Source of the DNA: a virus
Taxonomy: Duplodnaviria; Caudoviricetes
Length of the DNA: 64,000 nt
Strand: one strand, 5' to 3'
Virus record (IMG/VR): IMGVR_UViG_3300032292_000722
Span: 3,043 to 67,042 of that record
Of the stretch, positions 27,001 to 40,600 are shown one piece after another. The position numbers and the translations under genes were made by a program. The notes under the pieces are model-generated. The model saw nothing but the letters and a program-made list of their open reading frames with translations. It searched no databases and was not told the DNA's origin. How positions within the stretch are numbered: the first letter of the stretch is position 1; the number at the start of each line of letters is the position of its first letter.

Positions 27001-30000
27001 GCTCCTTGTGTATGATATTTTTCCCAAGATTCTGCTATAAACTCTTGTACATCTCTGTATTGCTTGTTTGTTTTACCATTTTTGAATTCATCATTACCTT
27101 TTATAAGTTCATCTACTGTTATATTACTATCAGTAGCTTTATTAAATTCTTCAACAATGGTTTGGGTATATTTTTTACCTATTTCATTCCCTTCTTTTGA
27201 ACCATTAATTATTTCGACTACCGTAGGGTGCATTATTTCATGAGTAATTGCAACTACAGCTTTCCCTTTATCTTTAGCTTTATTGAATTCTCTTAAAGCT
27301 TCTATGATATTTTTACCATTTTCTATTCTGTATTGTGCATTTGCCTTTTGTTTTAATGCATAATCATATTCACCTTTTTTTGAAATAATTTCACCTTCTT
27401 TGCGGAATCTTCTGATTGATTCATATTGCCCTAATGCACCGCTTAAATCACTTGAAGATGGTTGACTTAAATCTATATCTTTCTTTAATTTATATGATGG
27501 TTTTGTTGTAGTTGTTACACCAAAACCTTCTGTAGCTATTTGTCCTTCTTTTGGCAGTCTTCCTTCTATGCCTTGATTTTCACCATATGTTCTAAATGTT
27601 TTATCAAATATATCAATATTTACAGGCGAACCATCAACTGTTTTAATAGCAAATGGATAAGAAGGATGACCCAAATCTTTTTCAAAAAATACAGGGCTAG
27701 TCACTTTTAATGCCGCATAAGCATCTCCTGTTTTTAACCCTTTTAAGAAATCTTCTTGACCTATATCAGCAAACATTTTATCTATTCCTTTTCCTGTTGC
27801 CTTATATATTCCTTTTTTTAATTGTGTAGCATCAAAATACTCAACTCCAGTATAACCCATATCACGCATCATGGTTGTAACTATCTGATTAGCATCCTTA
27901 ATAAGTGCAGCTCTAAAATTCTCATACGAGGTCTTGGCTTCACTCATTGTTTGCCCATCAGCCATTCTTCCGCTTTTAAGATAGTTATTGAATAATTCAA
28001 TTACACTATCTGCATTTCTTGTATTACCAATGCTATAAACACTTTTTACTGCATTTATTAACCCATCATACCCTTCCTTATTTTTTGCGTACGATAATAA
28101 AGTATTTACAAAACCAACTTTTGCAGAAAGAGATGATTTATGTTTTAAATTATCACCTTTACCTATTACTATAACGCCCGGTTTTGGGTTATCTGGCATT
28201 GTTACAGTAACTTTTTCCCCCGCTTTATTTGTTACTACCCATTGATTTTTATTAGGTCCTTTTTCAACTATAAATGTACCCTCATCAAAACTCTCTGGTA
28301 ATTTTATTCCATTATTTTTGAAAAGAGAACGATTTGATTGAGTTGAAAAAGCGCCTGCTGATTGAGGATTTACCGATGCTCCCATTTTACCTTTTTCACC
28401 ACCATTAAGAGGATAAAAAACACCCCCATCAAAACTACCTATCTTTTTACCATCATGATAAATATCTCCTACAAATAAATCATCCCAATGTGTAATTGCA
28501 AATGTAAAATCTTCAAGCGATTCTTTTGGTGATATTATTTTAACTCTTCCACTTTTAATTGCTTTATCTGCTGATTTTTTGTCAAAAGATGGTCTTTTTA
28601 CTATACCAGAATTACCATACACTGTAGGTTGATATAACGCACCTTTTTCTTTAGTACCCTTCCCTATTCCAACCCACTCTGATAATGTATTAGTAGCCGT
28701 AAGACCTGCTTTTTTTAAGTTTTCATGTATCTTACTTAACATTGCATTTACAGGCTCTATGTCTTCTTTTGGAACCCCAAAATCTTCAATTTGTGTTTTA
28801 ATATCTTTTTCAATAGATGGTTCTAAATCTGACTTTACTTTATTTACAAATTCTTGTTGTAATTTTTTTGCCTGCTCCCATGTATTAACGTATGGAGTTT
28901 TTTTAAGTAATTCATTTACATTACCAAATTTACCAACTCTTTTATATAAAGTATTTGGGTCACCTCCGTCATATGCCATAGCAATAACATCTGGTTCTCC
29001 ATTATTATAATCTTTATATAATTCATAATCCCATGTTTTAGGGGCTTCAGCTCTATCAAACTTTACTTTTGCTACTGGAACAAAACCAAATTGAGAATAA
29101 ATATTTGTTAAACGAGTGTCATAATGGTCAAGAGAAACCCCACCATCTTTTACTGCATTTACAAGCAATTGTGCAACTCTATTTTTACCTTCACCGTATG
29201 AAAATACGGATATAATATCTCCATCTTTTGTAATAGCTACTCCAGCCTTACCATCATTGGTTAAAAATAATCTTGAATTTTTATATTCTTCTATTGGGTA
29301 TACAAATACACTAGATGAGTGTTTGTTACCTTTTAAAGATTTAGATATTGCTTTATGAAATTGTTCAGCAGAATTTATTTCAGAAAATGAATCATCAAAT
29401 ATTGCATTTGGCAATACTTTTTTAATTTCTGCTGCTTCCGAATCTGGAATCGATATTTTCTTTACAGTGGTGACATCTCTGACAACTCTATCGCTTTTTC
29501 CCACGACATATCTGGATGGCGCTCCAAGTCCGACCTCAGCGCCTTTTCCACTAGGTTCAAGTCCTCCCATTTCGCTGCCAATAGCTGCTCCTGTGTCTTT
29601 TCCGTTACCTTGTTTTTTGGTTCCATTTTGTAAAATTAGTTTATTTTCTTGTAATTCCTTATTTTTTATTATTTCAGACGGTTTATAAGCCATTAATTGG
29701 TCAGGAGTGTAATTTCTTAACATTTCAACAGATGTAACCTCTACAGGCGTCCCATCCTGCTCTGTTATAGCAAATATCCTTTCCCCATTACTACGCCTTC
29801 TTTCAGCTTCTAATGTGCTTTCTATTGGCTCGCCTTTTTCTTCTAAATCTAATGGTATTAATTCTTTTACTTCAGATGGTTTAACTTTTTTTAATGCAGA
29901 TAATTCTGCATCATATTTAGCATTAATTAAAGCTTCATTAGCAACAATTGGAGTCATTTTGTTAATCTCTTTGTCAGTAAACCCATATTGTTTCAAATCA

Positions 30001-32237
30001 GATTCTAGCTTCTTGGTTATCATAGCTGGAACTCCTTTCTTTAAATTATTTAACTCTTCTGTTCTTTTATTTTCTATATCTACTTCAGTTGGTTTAACTT
30101 CTACCTTACCACTTTCTAAAGAAGATAATTTTTTATCATTAAATTTTACTTCGGCAGTAAAATTAGTTATATCTTCAAGTTGAATCCATACAGTACCTAC
30201 TGTAACTCCATCAGCATTTTTTCCTCTTATTTCAAGTAATTTTACTTGTTTAATATCAGTAGGCATTTCACCACCAAATGATTCTTCTTTGATAGATTCT
30301 ATTGGTATGTTTGGAGCTTGTTCTTCTACAGGTGCTGCTCTATTTAATGTATATTTCTTAGGTACAAAGTCACCATTATTATCCTTTTCTATAATTTCAA
30401 CTGGTTTAACTTCTTCTTTTGGTAATTCTTCAATAGAAATAAATTCTGTACTTTTATCTTTATTATATTTATTACCAGTTAATTCATCGGTTTCAACATC
30501 ATATACTGGCTTACCTTTATTTAAATCATTAATTTTATTATCAATAGATTCTATTTGTTCTTTATAAACAGGCTTAACGCTATCGTCTTTAGTTTTAGAT
30601 TCTTCTACTAATTTATTTTTTTTCTGTATAAGACCTATTTGAGATGCCTCTGCTTCTGGGGATAATCCCGGCATAGCTTTATCTGCTGCTTCTTTATAAC
30701 CATCAATATCAGAAGATACCTTTTCAGCAACTTCAACAGGTATATTACCTATATTTACATTTGCTTTTAATACATTATCTATGTCTTGCTTTGGAACATC
30801 TCTTAGTGCATATTTAATTCCAGATTGTACAACTTTTGGTAAATTTAATAACCCAACCGCACCCATAGTACTAATATGTAATAAAGCACCTACTGTAGCA
30901 TTTTCTGCAAAATCAAGTGCAGAATTTCCTAATATTTCTTGAGGTGTTTCTCCATATTTACTAGTTACCCCAGCAACTACTTTTTTACCGGCTTCTGTGG
31001 CGGATACAATAGTTCCAACTTTAATAGCAGATTTTAATGTATTTTCAATACCACTTCTTAAAACTGATTTTGCTGTTGGATTTATTACTCTAGATGCTGG
31101 CATCATAAAAGCAGTATTCTCAACCAACCCTGCTATTTCTCCTAATGTTTGTCCAGAACTAGCTTCTTCCATTGCATCTACATCAGAAATACCAGTATTG
31201 CCAGATTTAAGAATTTCATACCTGCGCATAATTTCTTTTTGCACACCTTGGCTAGCCATATCTTGAGCATTGAAAGCCCATGCCATTACAGCAGGCAATC
31301 CTGCCATAGATAACCCACCGGTTTCTGGGGCTACAGCAGCTAATCCTGCCCCTACAGTTGTTCCAGCTATAGTCTTTGCTACCATTGGACCAGCCCCTCC
31401 TAAAAACTCACCATAAGCCCCTAATTTATCAGGAGCTTCTCCAATATAACCTTCTTTACCAATTTTTGTTTTTGATTGATTTTTTACCCATTCAACTTTT
31501 TGTTCTGGCGACATGCCAACAAATTCAGCTGCTTCATTATTAGCATTTATTGAATTGTTAAAACCACTTTGTAATGAACTCCAAAATCCTGTAGTTTTTT
31601 TAAGTCCTAACTTATCATTAGTTTTATCAACACCTAAGACGGCATCTCCATTTTCTACTTTAGTCTTTAATTCTGCAATTTGTTTATTGTATAAAGGTGA
31701 ACCTTCAGGAGCATCTATATTATTATTCTTAAAATAATTTACAGCTGTATTTTTAATTGCAATTTCTGTATCGGCTTTCTTTTTAGCAGCTCTTATTGGG
31801 GCAGCTGCTTTATATAATACATCCTCAGCCATTTCTTTTGGCTTAGTAAATCTAGTATTATCAGAAGTAGATTTAACAAACATTGCATCTGGCATTGTTT
31901 GTTTATACCATTCTGTTACATTATCTTTTGGTAATTGTGATTGTATAGGGGAAGATACTTCTCCAGAAAGATTGCCAATTTGGTCTTTTTTTTTTACTGG
32001 TTCTACAAAAGTCAAAGAATCTATAAATTCATTTTTTGGCTTTTTAAAATCAGAAAAATTTTCAATTAATACATCATGAACTTTGCCAGCATAAGTTTTA
32101 TCTGTAGAAAGTTTTTTATAAAAATCTTGTTCACCTAATTTAAAATCATCAAAATTAGATGATAAAATATCATATACTTTTTTCTTATAAGGTTGCTCTT
32201 GAACTGGCCCTGTAGATATAACTTCTTCTTCTATCAT
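24096..32237 (-). CDS. Giant internal virion (ejection) protein, polyvalent type, with GNAT-like and HExxH domains
   Basis: 2713 aa; FHKAI...Y...RLFL..DG.AG.AI..DGDI.SVF...GG..LD.YD..L..IY..FGF (about 28960-29400); HEIMH at 27228-27242. Confidence 0.7.
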   Translation of the reverse strand: MIEEEVISTGPVQEQPYKKKVYDILSSNFDDFKLGEQDFYKKLSTDKTYAGKVHDVLIENFSDFKKPKNEFIDSLTFVEPVKKKDQIGNLSGEVSSPIQSQLPKDNVTEWYKQTMPDAMFVKSTSDNTRFTKPKEMAEDVLYKAAAPIRAAKKKADTEIAIKNTAVNYFKNNNIDAPEGSPLYNKQIAELKTKVENGDAVLGVDKTNDKLGLKKTTGFWSSLQSGFNNSINANNEAAEFVGMSPEQKVEWVKNQSKTKIGKEGYIGEAPDKLGAYGEFLGGAGPMVAKTIAGTTVGAGLAAVAPETGGLSMAGLPAVMAWAFNAQDMASQGVQKEIMRRYEILKSGNTGISDVDAMEEASSGQTLGEIAGLVENTAFMMPASRVINPTAKSVLRSGIENTLKSAIKVGTIVSATEAGKKVVAGVTSKYGETPQEILGNSALDFAENATVGALLHISTMGAVGLLNLPKVVQSGIKYALRDVPKQDIDNVLKANVNIGNIPVEVAEKVSSDIDGYKEAADKAMPGLSPEAEASQIGLIQKKNKLVEESKTKDDSVKPVYKEQIESIDNKINDLNKGKPVYDVETDELTGNKYNKDKSTEFISIEELPKEEVKPVEIIEKDNNGDFVPKKYTLNRAAPVEEQAPNIPIESIKEESFGGEMPTDIKQVKLLEIRGKNADGVTVGTVWIQLEDITNFTAEVKFNDKKLSSLESGKVEVKPTEVDIENKRTEELNNLKKGVPAMITKKLESDLKQYGFTDKEINKMTPIVANEALINAKYDAELSALKKVKPSEVKELIPLDLEEKGEPIESTLEAERRRSNGERIFAITEQDGTPVEVTSVEMLRNYTPDQLMAYKPSEIIKNKELQENKLILQNGTKKQGNGKDTGAAIGSEMGGLEPSGKGAEVGLGAPSRYVVGKSDRVVRDVTTVKKISIPDSEAAEIKKVLPNAIFDDSFSEINSAEQFHKAISKSLKGNKHSSSVFVYPIEEYKNSRLFLTNDGKAGVAITKDGDIISVFSYGEGKNRVAQLLVNAVKDGGVSLDHYDTRLTNIYSQFGFVPVAKVKFDRAEAPKTWDYELYKDYNNGEPDVIAMAYDGGDPNTLYKRVGKFGNVNELLKKTPYVNTWEQAKKLQQEFVNKVKSDLEPSIEKDIKTQIEDFGVPKEDIEPVNAMLSKIHENLKKAGLTATNTLSEWVGIGKGTKEKGALYQPTVYGNSGIVKRPSFDKKSADKAIKSGRVKIISPKESLEDFTFAITHWDDLFVGDIYHDGKKIGSFDGGVFYPLNGGEKGKMGASVNPQSAGAFSTQSNRSLFKNNGIKLPESFDEGTFIVEKGPNKNQWVVTNKAGEKVTVTMPDNPKPGVIVIGKGDNLKHKSSLSAKVGFVNTLLSYAKNKEGYDGLINAVKSVYSIGNTRNADSVIELFNNYLKSGRMADGQTMSEAKTSYENFRAALIKDANQIVTTMMRDMGYTGVEYFDATQLKKGIYKATGKGIDKMFADIGQEDFLKGLKTGDAYAALKVTSPVFFEKDLGHPSYPFAIKTVDGSPVNIDIFDKTFRTYGENQGIEGRLPKEGQIATEGFGVTTTTKPSYKLKKDIDLSQPSSSDLSGALGQYESIRRFRKEGEIISKKGEYDYALKQKANAQYRIENGKNIIEALREFNKAKDKGKAVVAITHEIMHPTVVEIINGSKEGNEIGKKYTQTIVEEFNKATDSNITVDELIKGNDEFKNGKTNKQYRDVQEFIAESWEKYHTQGAKGFSAEFQKVLQTITEAFKSVYNSLTGKELTPELKKMFDDILGKSEFKAKKKILSEDISKKPTEVFIPEGADDSYIKMANVVNDAFVGNKFGLDALDQITSKLEDTNLENVIQKVKDKIKLNPNLARETRERLLTTKQGNEFDQAILMYDLARLKGRENELQQEIINTKNPKKIQEYQKEILQVQNEMMDNAMANKQIGRTASTIFRLRQLWVNKELTILDMMDEYKASKGIDELTPEQEQEVKDAYNQIKESRAKLEEAKLDLEKSREETAKLMIENQKLKDLQEKSNEVKKAERAEKTSETIKKSNERVTKALDNLKKLGGQATAGFDPKIAVELSKIAAEKVYQGIVKFDELVQNVLEDIKDVLPDFTKEDVINHILTRVNKAGQLEPMLLSAQYNNIKKSLDKSKGTLRERVEKYELAQKEVAKQQFKWQEGRRQDMLGNEPIVERIGDKLLRWQRAAVLSYPITMVKLSAVVAHQLIALKPLKFAIGKLVYGLTPKSIREKQSIWGDPKWSSIAKYYSEWIRNFSSTNFKEIMSGVDTKELLYGRPIMYDELNASGSFLEIPGRSHGFIKSFIKNPEFVYAHEQQMVYNLTKMAEITEKLDEPNLTKKQKKALQEEYDSYDVTNEDVIEKINRLALLHGKWAILMNDNKFVDKFRQFTQNTGLVGKIAQSELPIVKIPVNWVGRAFATKYGIIRSLLGKSETETKGKGKLPGLGGESYPGIAQLIFKGTENLTEAQAELLGKSLQLGTMGMAFYALGYYAYKEIEKNEDGSYEIMGVHVPKVLVHIPEYESIISGAETAHKKKEKDQSFIKSYIEADAEIAANNPFLNFLQYGASVQLGKLVTDIANPKKKDVDFTDKASDIMAKKIADMVEPGLIKTAATSFDTKEGKGFYPMGEVIKRRPSGETLDRAWEQFELGIPGLRQNVSKEEKAKRINEITKRLRGQKYDSLRGKIIENLKKIPN

Positions 32238-32243
32238 TATTTA

Positions 32244-33614
32244 TTAATTTAGATTTGATGCGCCCGGTTTTTTCTTTTTAGTTACCCCTAATCCAGATGC
32301 TTTATATTTGCTTCCAGAAACTTTATTTAAAATAGTAGACCTTACATCACCTGTTAATAGTTTTGCATTTTTCCAATCATACTTACCTGTTTCTTTACCA
32401 TTTTTATCTAAAGTTGAATAAGCTACAAATACATCATTACCTTTTCTTCCAAATGCTGGATTTAATGGAACTTTCTTTGTTTCATATGGAAGATTTGGGT
32501 CTGTTGCCATAATATCATATTCAATTGCATCTTTTGGAACAATAACTTCTTTTATATATTCATCTGCAACTTTAGGACCAAATGTCAATTCTGTTAAATC
32601 AGTTCTTTCTCGGATAGGTTTTTTTGTATCACTATCGTCTATATATTTATCAATTGAACCGCCGGCAGCATTTGCAGTATTTTCGGCAGCTATTGCAGCT
32701 CTTTGATTTCTTCCTGCCTCAGCTCTATTAAATATTTTTGTTTCATAAGCCTCTGTTTTACCACCTCCTGATAATTTGTCTACAATAGGAGCTTCTGCTA
32801 AAGTGTGCGCTAAAAATACACCTTCTCTATTTTTAGGCATTTCTTCATTAGTTCTTTCTTTATATATTTTACCAAGTTTTGCAACTTCTGCTGCATCATT
32901 TAATATATAATCAGCATATTTTTGCGCGCCTATTTTTGTTAACATACCCCTTGAAATTTCTTTCAATTCATTTAAATCGGGATAGTGTTTAATAAAATAT
33001 TTTTCTTCTTTGTTTCCCGGTAATGTTTTAGTATAATAATCATCAGGTTTGTCCCCCGGATTTTGTGTAACACTTCTTAATTGGTCTTTATATTTAACGG
33101 GGTCCCATGCATCAAATATTTTAATTCTAGCTGTGTCCGGGGCAATATATCCTGCTCCGTATGGTAAAGTTGCATCTCTCATAACTTCTAAATCACCATC
33201 AATTTGTAAGCCTTTTGCATATTGCTGACCTGTGAATGTTTTATATGCTTTAACTTCTGCTGTTTTTTGTTTAGACCCTTCTAAAAAACTTTGTAATTCT
33301 TTAAAACCAGATTCTAAAGTGCTTTGTGCGTCATAACCATATTTAGAAGGATTATTTATTTGCTCTTTATTTTTAATAGCAAACCCCTTCACTTCATTTA
33401 ATTTTTCGGTAAACATTCTTCTTTCTTGTTCACCAATACCAGCTGTGTTTAATGATTTCTCCCAATCTTTATAATATTTATCTAATGCTTCAGCTTTAGC
33501 TTGTTGATGCTGGATTTCTTGGATAGCATATTGTGTTGGCTTAGATGAAAAATCTACTGCAACATTACCACTTCTATATGGATTGATTCCTGTTAATAAA
33601 CCTGTTGATGCCAT
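32244..33614 (-). CDS. Putative internal virion/ejection protein
   Basis: Helical, between a gp14-like gene and the giant protein; probable start MASTG at 33614. Confidence 0.6.
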   Translation of the reverse strand: MASTGLLTGINPYRSGNVAVDFSSKPTQYAIQEIQHQQAKAEALDKYYKDWEKSLNTAGIGEQERRMFTEKLNEVKGFAIKNKEQINNPSKYGYDAQSTLESGFKELQSFLEGSKQKTAEVKAYKTFTGQQYAKGLQIDGDLEVMRDATLPYGAGYIAPDTARIKIFDAWDPVKYKDQLRSVTQNPGDKPDDYYTKTLPGNKEEKYFIKHYPDLNELKEISRGMLTKIGAQKYADYILNDAAEVAKLGKIYKERTNEEMPKNREGVFLAHTLAEAPIVDKLSGGGKTEAYETKIFNRAEAGRNQRAAIAAENTANAAGGSIDKYIDDSDTKKPIRERTDLTELTFGPKVADEYIKEVIVPKDAIEYDIMATDPNLPYETKKVPLNPAFGRKGNDVFVAYSTLDKNGKETGKYDWKNAKLLTGDVRSTILNKVSGSKYKASGLGVTKKKKPGASNLN

Positions 33615-33616
33615 TA

Positions 33617-34378
33617 TTAAAATGTTTTTGTTGGTTTCCAATATTTACTGTAATCTATCTTTGGTGAATCAGTAAATTTACCATAAGGAGAACCAATTGT
33701 ACCACCAAAACCTAAATCTGTATTTACAGCAGTTGTATTTGCAACGTTGCCAGCACCTTTAAACGCTCCTGCCCCAGCAAGACTACCAATATTACTTACT
33801 CCTTGCCCTACCATTTGCATACCTGCATTATATCTTTCGCCAGCTGCTTGCGCTTTCATTTGTTCTAATTGCAATTGTCGATTATACGGAGTCATTTTAT
33901 TAATATCAAATTGTCTTTGATAATCACCTGATTTAAGCTGAGTAGCTTGACCAAATTGACCAAGTCTTTGTTGTCTTGAGGCTTCCGCTTGTGCGCCTAA
34001 ATTCTGCATAGCACTCATTTGATTAGCTTGTAAACGACCTATACCGCCTATAGCAGACCTTCTATCCTGCAATGCATTAATACCTTGAGCAGTTGCTCTT
34101 TGGGCATTCATTGCACCTAGTTGATATTGTTGAGATTGATAAGGATTTTCTTTATATCTATTCATTGCCTCTTGATAATATGTATCAATGGACTTATCTG
34201 GTTTATATAATGGACTATTTTTTGCTTGTGCTTCTAAAGCATTTTGCGCTTTTTTTTGCTGCTTGCTTGCGTTAATCATTGATGCCGCGCCCATCCCTGC
34301 TCCGGCTAATGCAGAAGCTCCAGCTATTGCTGTTGCTGCAGTTACAGTTCCTGTTACTCCTAATGCTATGAAACTCAT
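33617..34378 (-). CDS. Putative ejection protein (Gly/Ala-rich N-terminus, Gln-rich helices)
   Basis: Composition and position typical of podovirus small ejection proteins. Confidence 0.6.
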   Translation of the reverse strand: MSFIALGVTGTVTAATAIAGASALAGAGMGAASMINASKQQKKAQNALEAQAKNSPLYKPDKSIDTYYQEAMNRYKENPYQSQQYQLGAMNAQRATAQGINALQDRRSAIGGIGRLQANQMSAMQNLGAQAEASRQQRLGQFGQATQLKSGDYQRQFDINKMTPYNRQLQLEQMKAQAAGERYNAGMQMVGQGVSNIGSLAGAGAFKGAGNVANTTAVNTDLGFGGTIGSPYGKFTDSPKIDYSKYWKPTKTF

Positions 34379-34869
34379 AATTCTATTTTTTTAGTTTCTT
34401 CTAATACTTTTAAATATTCTTGTTTAATATCAGTTCCAGTTAAATAATTAATATGAGGCTCTAATATTTTATCTTCTATTGATTCAACTATCTTTTCTAT
34501 TTCATTTTCACTTAAATCATTGTATTCAGATTTCATTCCATCTATTTTGTGAAATGTAGTCCAAATACAATCTTCTAATATATATAAAACTCTCCTTGTA
34601 CCGGGTTTTGTTATATTAGTATATGGCGCTGTTATTTCAATCCATTCATTCCCGTCTATTGAAACTGCAACTTTACCATAAGATACTATATAAGGATGTT
34701 CTGTTTTGTGAACCTTGCTTGTTATCAAAGACCCAGCAGGCATAAAAATCTCCCTTATATACATCCCATCAGTAAACATATGAGTAGTAAGACAATGAAC
34801 TGGCTCGCAATTTTCTAACATAGCTACTTCTAGCTCATCTAATCTATCATCGTTTTCCCTAATAATCAT
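34375..34869 (-). CDS. Cupin-fold protein
   Basis: HMFTDGMYIREIFMPAG...SKVHKTEH...PGTRR. Confidence 0.75.
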   Translation of the reverse strand: MIIRENDDRLDELEVAMLENCEPVHCLTTHMFTDGMYIREIFMPAGSLITSKVHKTEHPYIVSYGKVAVSIDGNEWIEITAPYTNITKPGTRRVLYILEDCIWTTFHKIDGMKSEYNDLSENEIEKIVESIEDKILEPHINYLTGTDIKQEYLKVLEETKKIEL

Positions 34870-35420
34870 TATCGGTTGTTCAATGGTGAATTAATATATT
34901 TAGTCGTTGCGCTGTTCAAATATACGAAAGAATTTGCACTTGCTTTCTCAAATTTTATGACCATATAATTACCCTTTAAGCTATCGCCCTCCACAAGGCC
35001 TCCGGGGCTGCTAGAATCCCTTAAAAATGATGCTTGATATTCAGCCTCCAAAGTCACAAAATCAGACTCTAAAAGCAAGCTTGTTTGCTTTGTGGCAATC
35101 CCCCCAGTATTCATTTGGGTATATATTAATGGGCAAGCCCATGTTGCATTCCCCGTTTCCATAACCGAAATCCATGTCTTTTTATCTAATGAATTTGTGT
35201 TAAAAACATTGGTTATTGAAGCACTATATTGCGTGCCGTAGAAATTACAATAAGGCGTAGTCCCATGTTGCCAAATTTGACCATTTTTAAAGGTAAATAA
35301 GGTTACATTAACTTCCCCCATAAATTCTGGGAAATATGTATAAAAAGACTCAAATGCATTAGCGTTTTCGTCAAATGAAATGGTAAATGGCGGTTGGTAA
35401 AAAGATGGAGTTGTTGGCAT
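34869..35420 (-). CDS. Separately encoded C-terminal part of the tail muzzle/stabilisation protein
   Basis: TISFDE...FESFY.Y.PE.M....FTFKNG.IW.H...NFYG.QY...FN...KTW matches the usual C-terminus of crAss-like muzzle proteins. Confidence 0.65.
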   Translation of the reverse strand: MPTTPSFYQPPFTISFDENANAFESFYTYFPEFMGEVNVTLFTFKNGQIWQHGTTPYCNFYGTQYSASITNVFNTNSLDKKTWISVMETGNATWACPLIYTQMNTGGIATKQTSLLLESDFVTLEAEYQASFLRDSSSPGGLVEGDSLKGNYMVIKFEKASANSFVYLNSATTKYINSPLNNR

Positions 35421-35437
35421 TTTTATTTATTTTTTAT

Positions 35438-37615
<2,178 letters not shown>

Positions 37616-37640
37616 TTTATTATTTTAATTCATTTTTAAT

Positions 37641-40600
37641 TTATACAACACACGCTGTATTGCAAGTTGCATTTCCATATGAAAGATTTAAGTTTACATC
37701 AATAGTCCCTATTGAAGTAGAGCTAACTACATAATAAACACCTAATCCATCTCCATTATTATAATAATAATTATTTATTAAAGGTGTCGATGAAAATCCT
37801 ATTAAACCAACATTTAACAGTGTACAAGTATTACAAGCATATCTTGTTACATTATAATAATAACCCGGATTTGTTGTTGTTGTTGTTTGTGCTGGACATG
37901 CAGTACACCCTGCGCCTACTTTATTCATTAAGCTTGTTCCAATTCCACCCGGCTTATTGTATTCAACCCAACCTAAAGTAGAAATATATAAGTAATATCT
38001 TCCTGCTGGTAGTGGATTAAATGAAGTAGCACTTATAGATACAGAGTTACAAATATTTGTTCCACCTGTATAAACAATAGCTACAATAGTACTTCCTCCA
38101 CCAGCACACAATACTGTATAAGATGTGCCTACTCTCAATACAGGAGCAGAAGTTGTTGTGGTAGTAGATGGAGCTACTGTTGTTGTTGATGTTGTAGGGG
38201 CTGCCGTTGTTGTTGTTGTTGTAGGCGGAATTATATAAGCAGTACCACCATTATAATTACAATTATTATATCTTGTAATTTCCTCTAAAGCTATTATATA
38301 TTTGTTGGTATTTGCATCAAATACTCCATAAATACAAGGGTCACCTGTATAAATAGAATCTGGATTATATCTATTATTTAAATCTTTTCTATAAGCAGCA
38401 GTTCTTGCAACAAAAAATGCATTCATCTTATTAATAATACTAATAGGAGTTATACCATCTTGACTTAACCTACAAACTACCCCTCTAAAATTGTCTACAA
38501 AATAGTCAGCAAAATTATTCCAAGCTAAACTTGTTGCTGCATCACCAATACCATAATCACCTGCGTAATATTGTATTTTATTGATTAATTGATTACTATT
38601 TGCTTGCAATGGATTTCCAGTTACATCTTTAACAATTTGAGTTAAAATAGGCACATTACCTACTTTAAATTGCTGATAAACTTTTAAATATCTATCTCTA
38701 ACATGCAATCTTAAAATATCACCAAATGTTCTATCGTATTCATCAAAATCTTCATAATAAAACCTATTGGTTGCATTTAGATTAGTATTTGATTGGTATG
38801 CTTGCCCGAATCTTATTACGGTTGGGAAATATGTTTGCGCAGCATTTTCATCTATTACAGATGGTCTTCCGTTGCTATTTGTAATTAAATTAATGTTATC
38901 ACTAAAACTTGACTCAATAATTTCAATTTGCTTATCTTTTACAATATCAAAATTAAATTCCATTGGTGAAATATATACTTTATTATTTGCATTATTATCA
39001 TTTTGCGATGTACATACTAACCATATTTTTGAATTTGCTGGAACTACAAATCTTTTATTTATTTCAAATTGCGTTTCTATATTTTGAACTAAATTATTTA
39101 CCTCTGTAGGTAATAATGAAATTGTATATTTAGGAGTTAAAGGAACTAAATTTGTTAAAACCAAAGCATAACATGAAAATGTTGATGTGCCATCTGATTT
39201 TAAATTTAATGTTCCAGTAATTGATATTACCTTTTCTACATTTGATTTATTCCAAAAGAAATACCCAGCCGTCGCCCATGTTGGGGCAACACCAGCCGTT
39301 AAACTAACATATACATTTGCTTGTGTTTGTATTCTATATGATGCATTTTCTATTATTCTAGTTAATGGGATAGGGAATGATGATGTTTTTATATCATTAG
39401 CCCCTATTGTTTCAACATCCCAATTAGTTGAAGCAAAAGTATAATTATCACTATATGGTACTTGTCTAAGTCTATAAAATAAATCCCCATTTGTTACTGA
39501 AACTACAGTTCCTCCATTAGATAATTTAGCTAATCCACAATGGAATCTGCTATCTGTACCGGGGTTACCAATACCATATTGTTTACCAAATTCATAGAAA
39601 AATCTTTGGTCCGATGAAGCATTTGTTACATAATTATATAATAAAATTTCATAATGTTGCCAATTTGCAGTTCCGGGGAAATCAAAATCAACCCCAATAT
39701 CATTATTTGGATACCTTATTTTTAAGAAATTACCAGTTGCAGTATATGTATTATTATCTACTGGTCCAGAATCCCAAATTTTATTATATTCAATACTAGC
39801 TTGTGTTCCAACAATTTCATAATCAAATTGCAGAGGTAAAACTATTGCATTATTTTCAACATCATATCTGCGAATAAATTTAATTCTATCCCCATCTGTA
39901 TAATTATAAGAAACAACATTTTGTGTTGAACTTATTGCTTCATTATAAACTTGTATATTCGCAATTCCAATATATAAATATCTTGAATTATCAACTGCAT
40001 TTGTAATACCTGCATAAGCTGATTCGCTTACCCAACATAATCTTTTATTATAAGTAGTATTATTTGACCTTAATACTTGATAATAATAAGCATACAAAGG
40101 TGGTTGATTAAATATTGACAAATATATTTGTGGGAATCCATTTGACGAAATGCTTATATCTCTTTGAGGCGTATTAATTGTACCGCCAGCTGAAGTTTGC
40201 GCACCAATTGTTCTTCCTTGAGCATCAAAATATTGTATGGCATATTGATAACCTGAATCCCAAACATTAGCAAATCTTGTATTATCCGAATCTGCAATTG
40301 GAAAAGTTTTAAATGCCGTTGAAGTTAATACAAACCCGCTTGCAAGGGACATGGTTAACTTATTACCAACTATAGAACCAACTTGAGTGTATCCCTTTAC
40401 AGCCATAGCAGCGGAAATGCCATTCAATATACTACTAACTGTATGTGTATTTGATATCGTAGATATTGAATACGATACACTTAAATCTGTAGCTAAATTT
40501 GAAGAGAATGAATTTATATAATACCCGCCTGTAGCATTGTTTAAGGTAGTAACATTACCATCAACCCCATTTGTTCCTGTACCATATAAATATAAATTCA

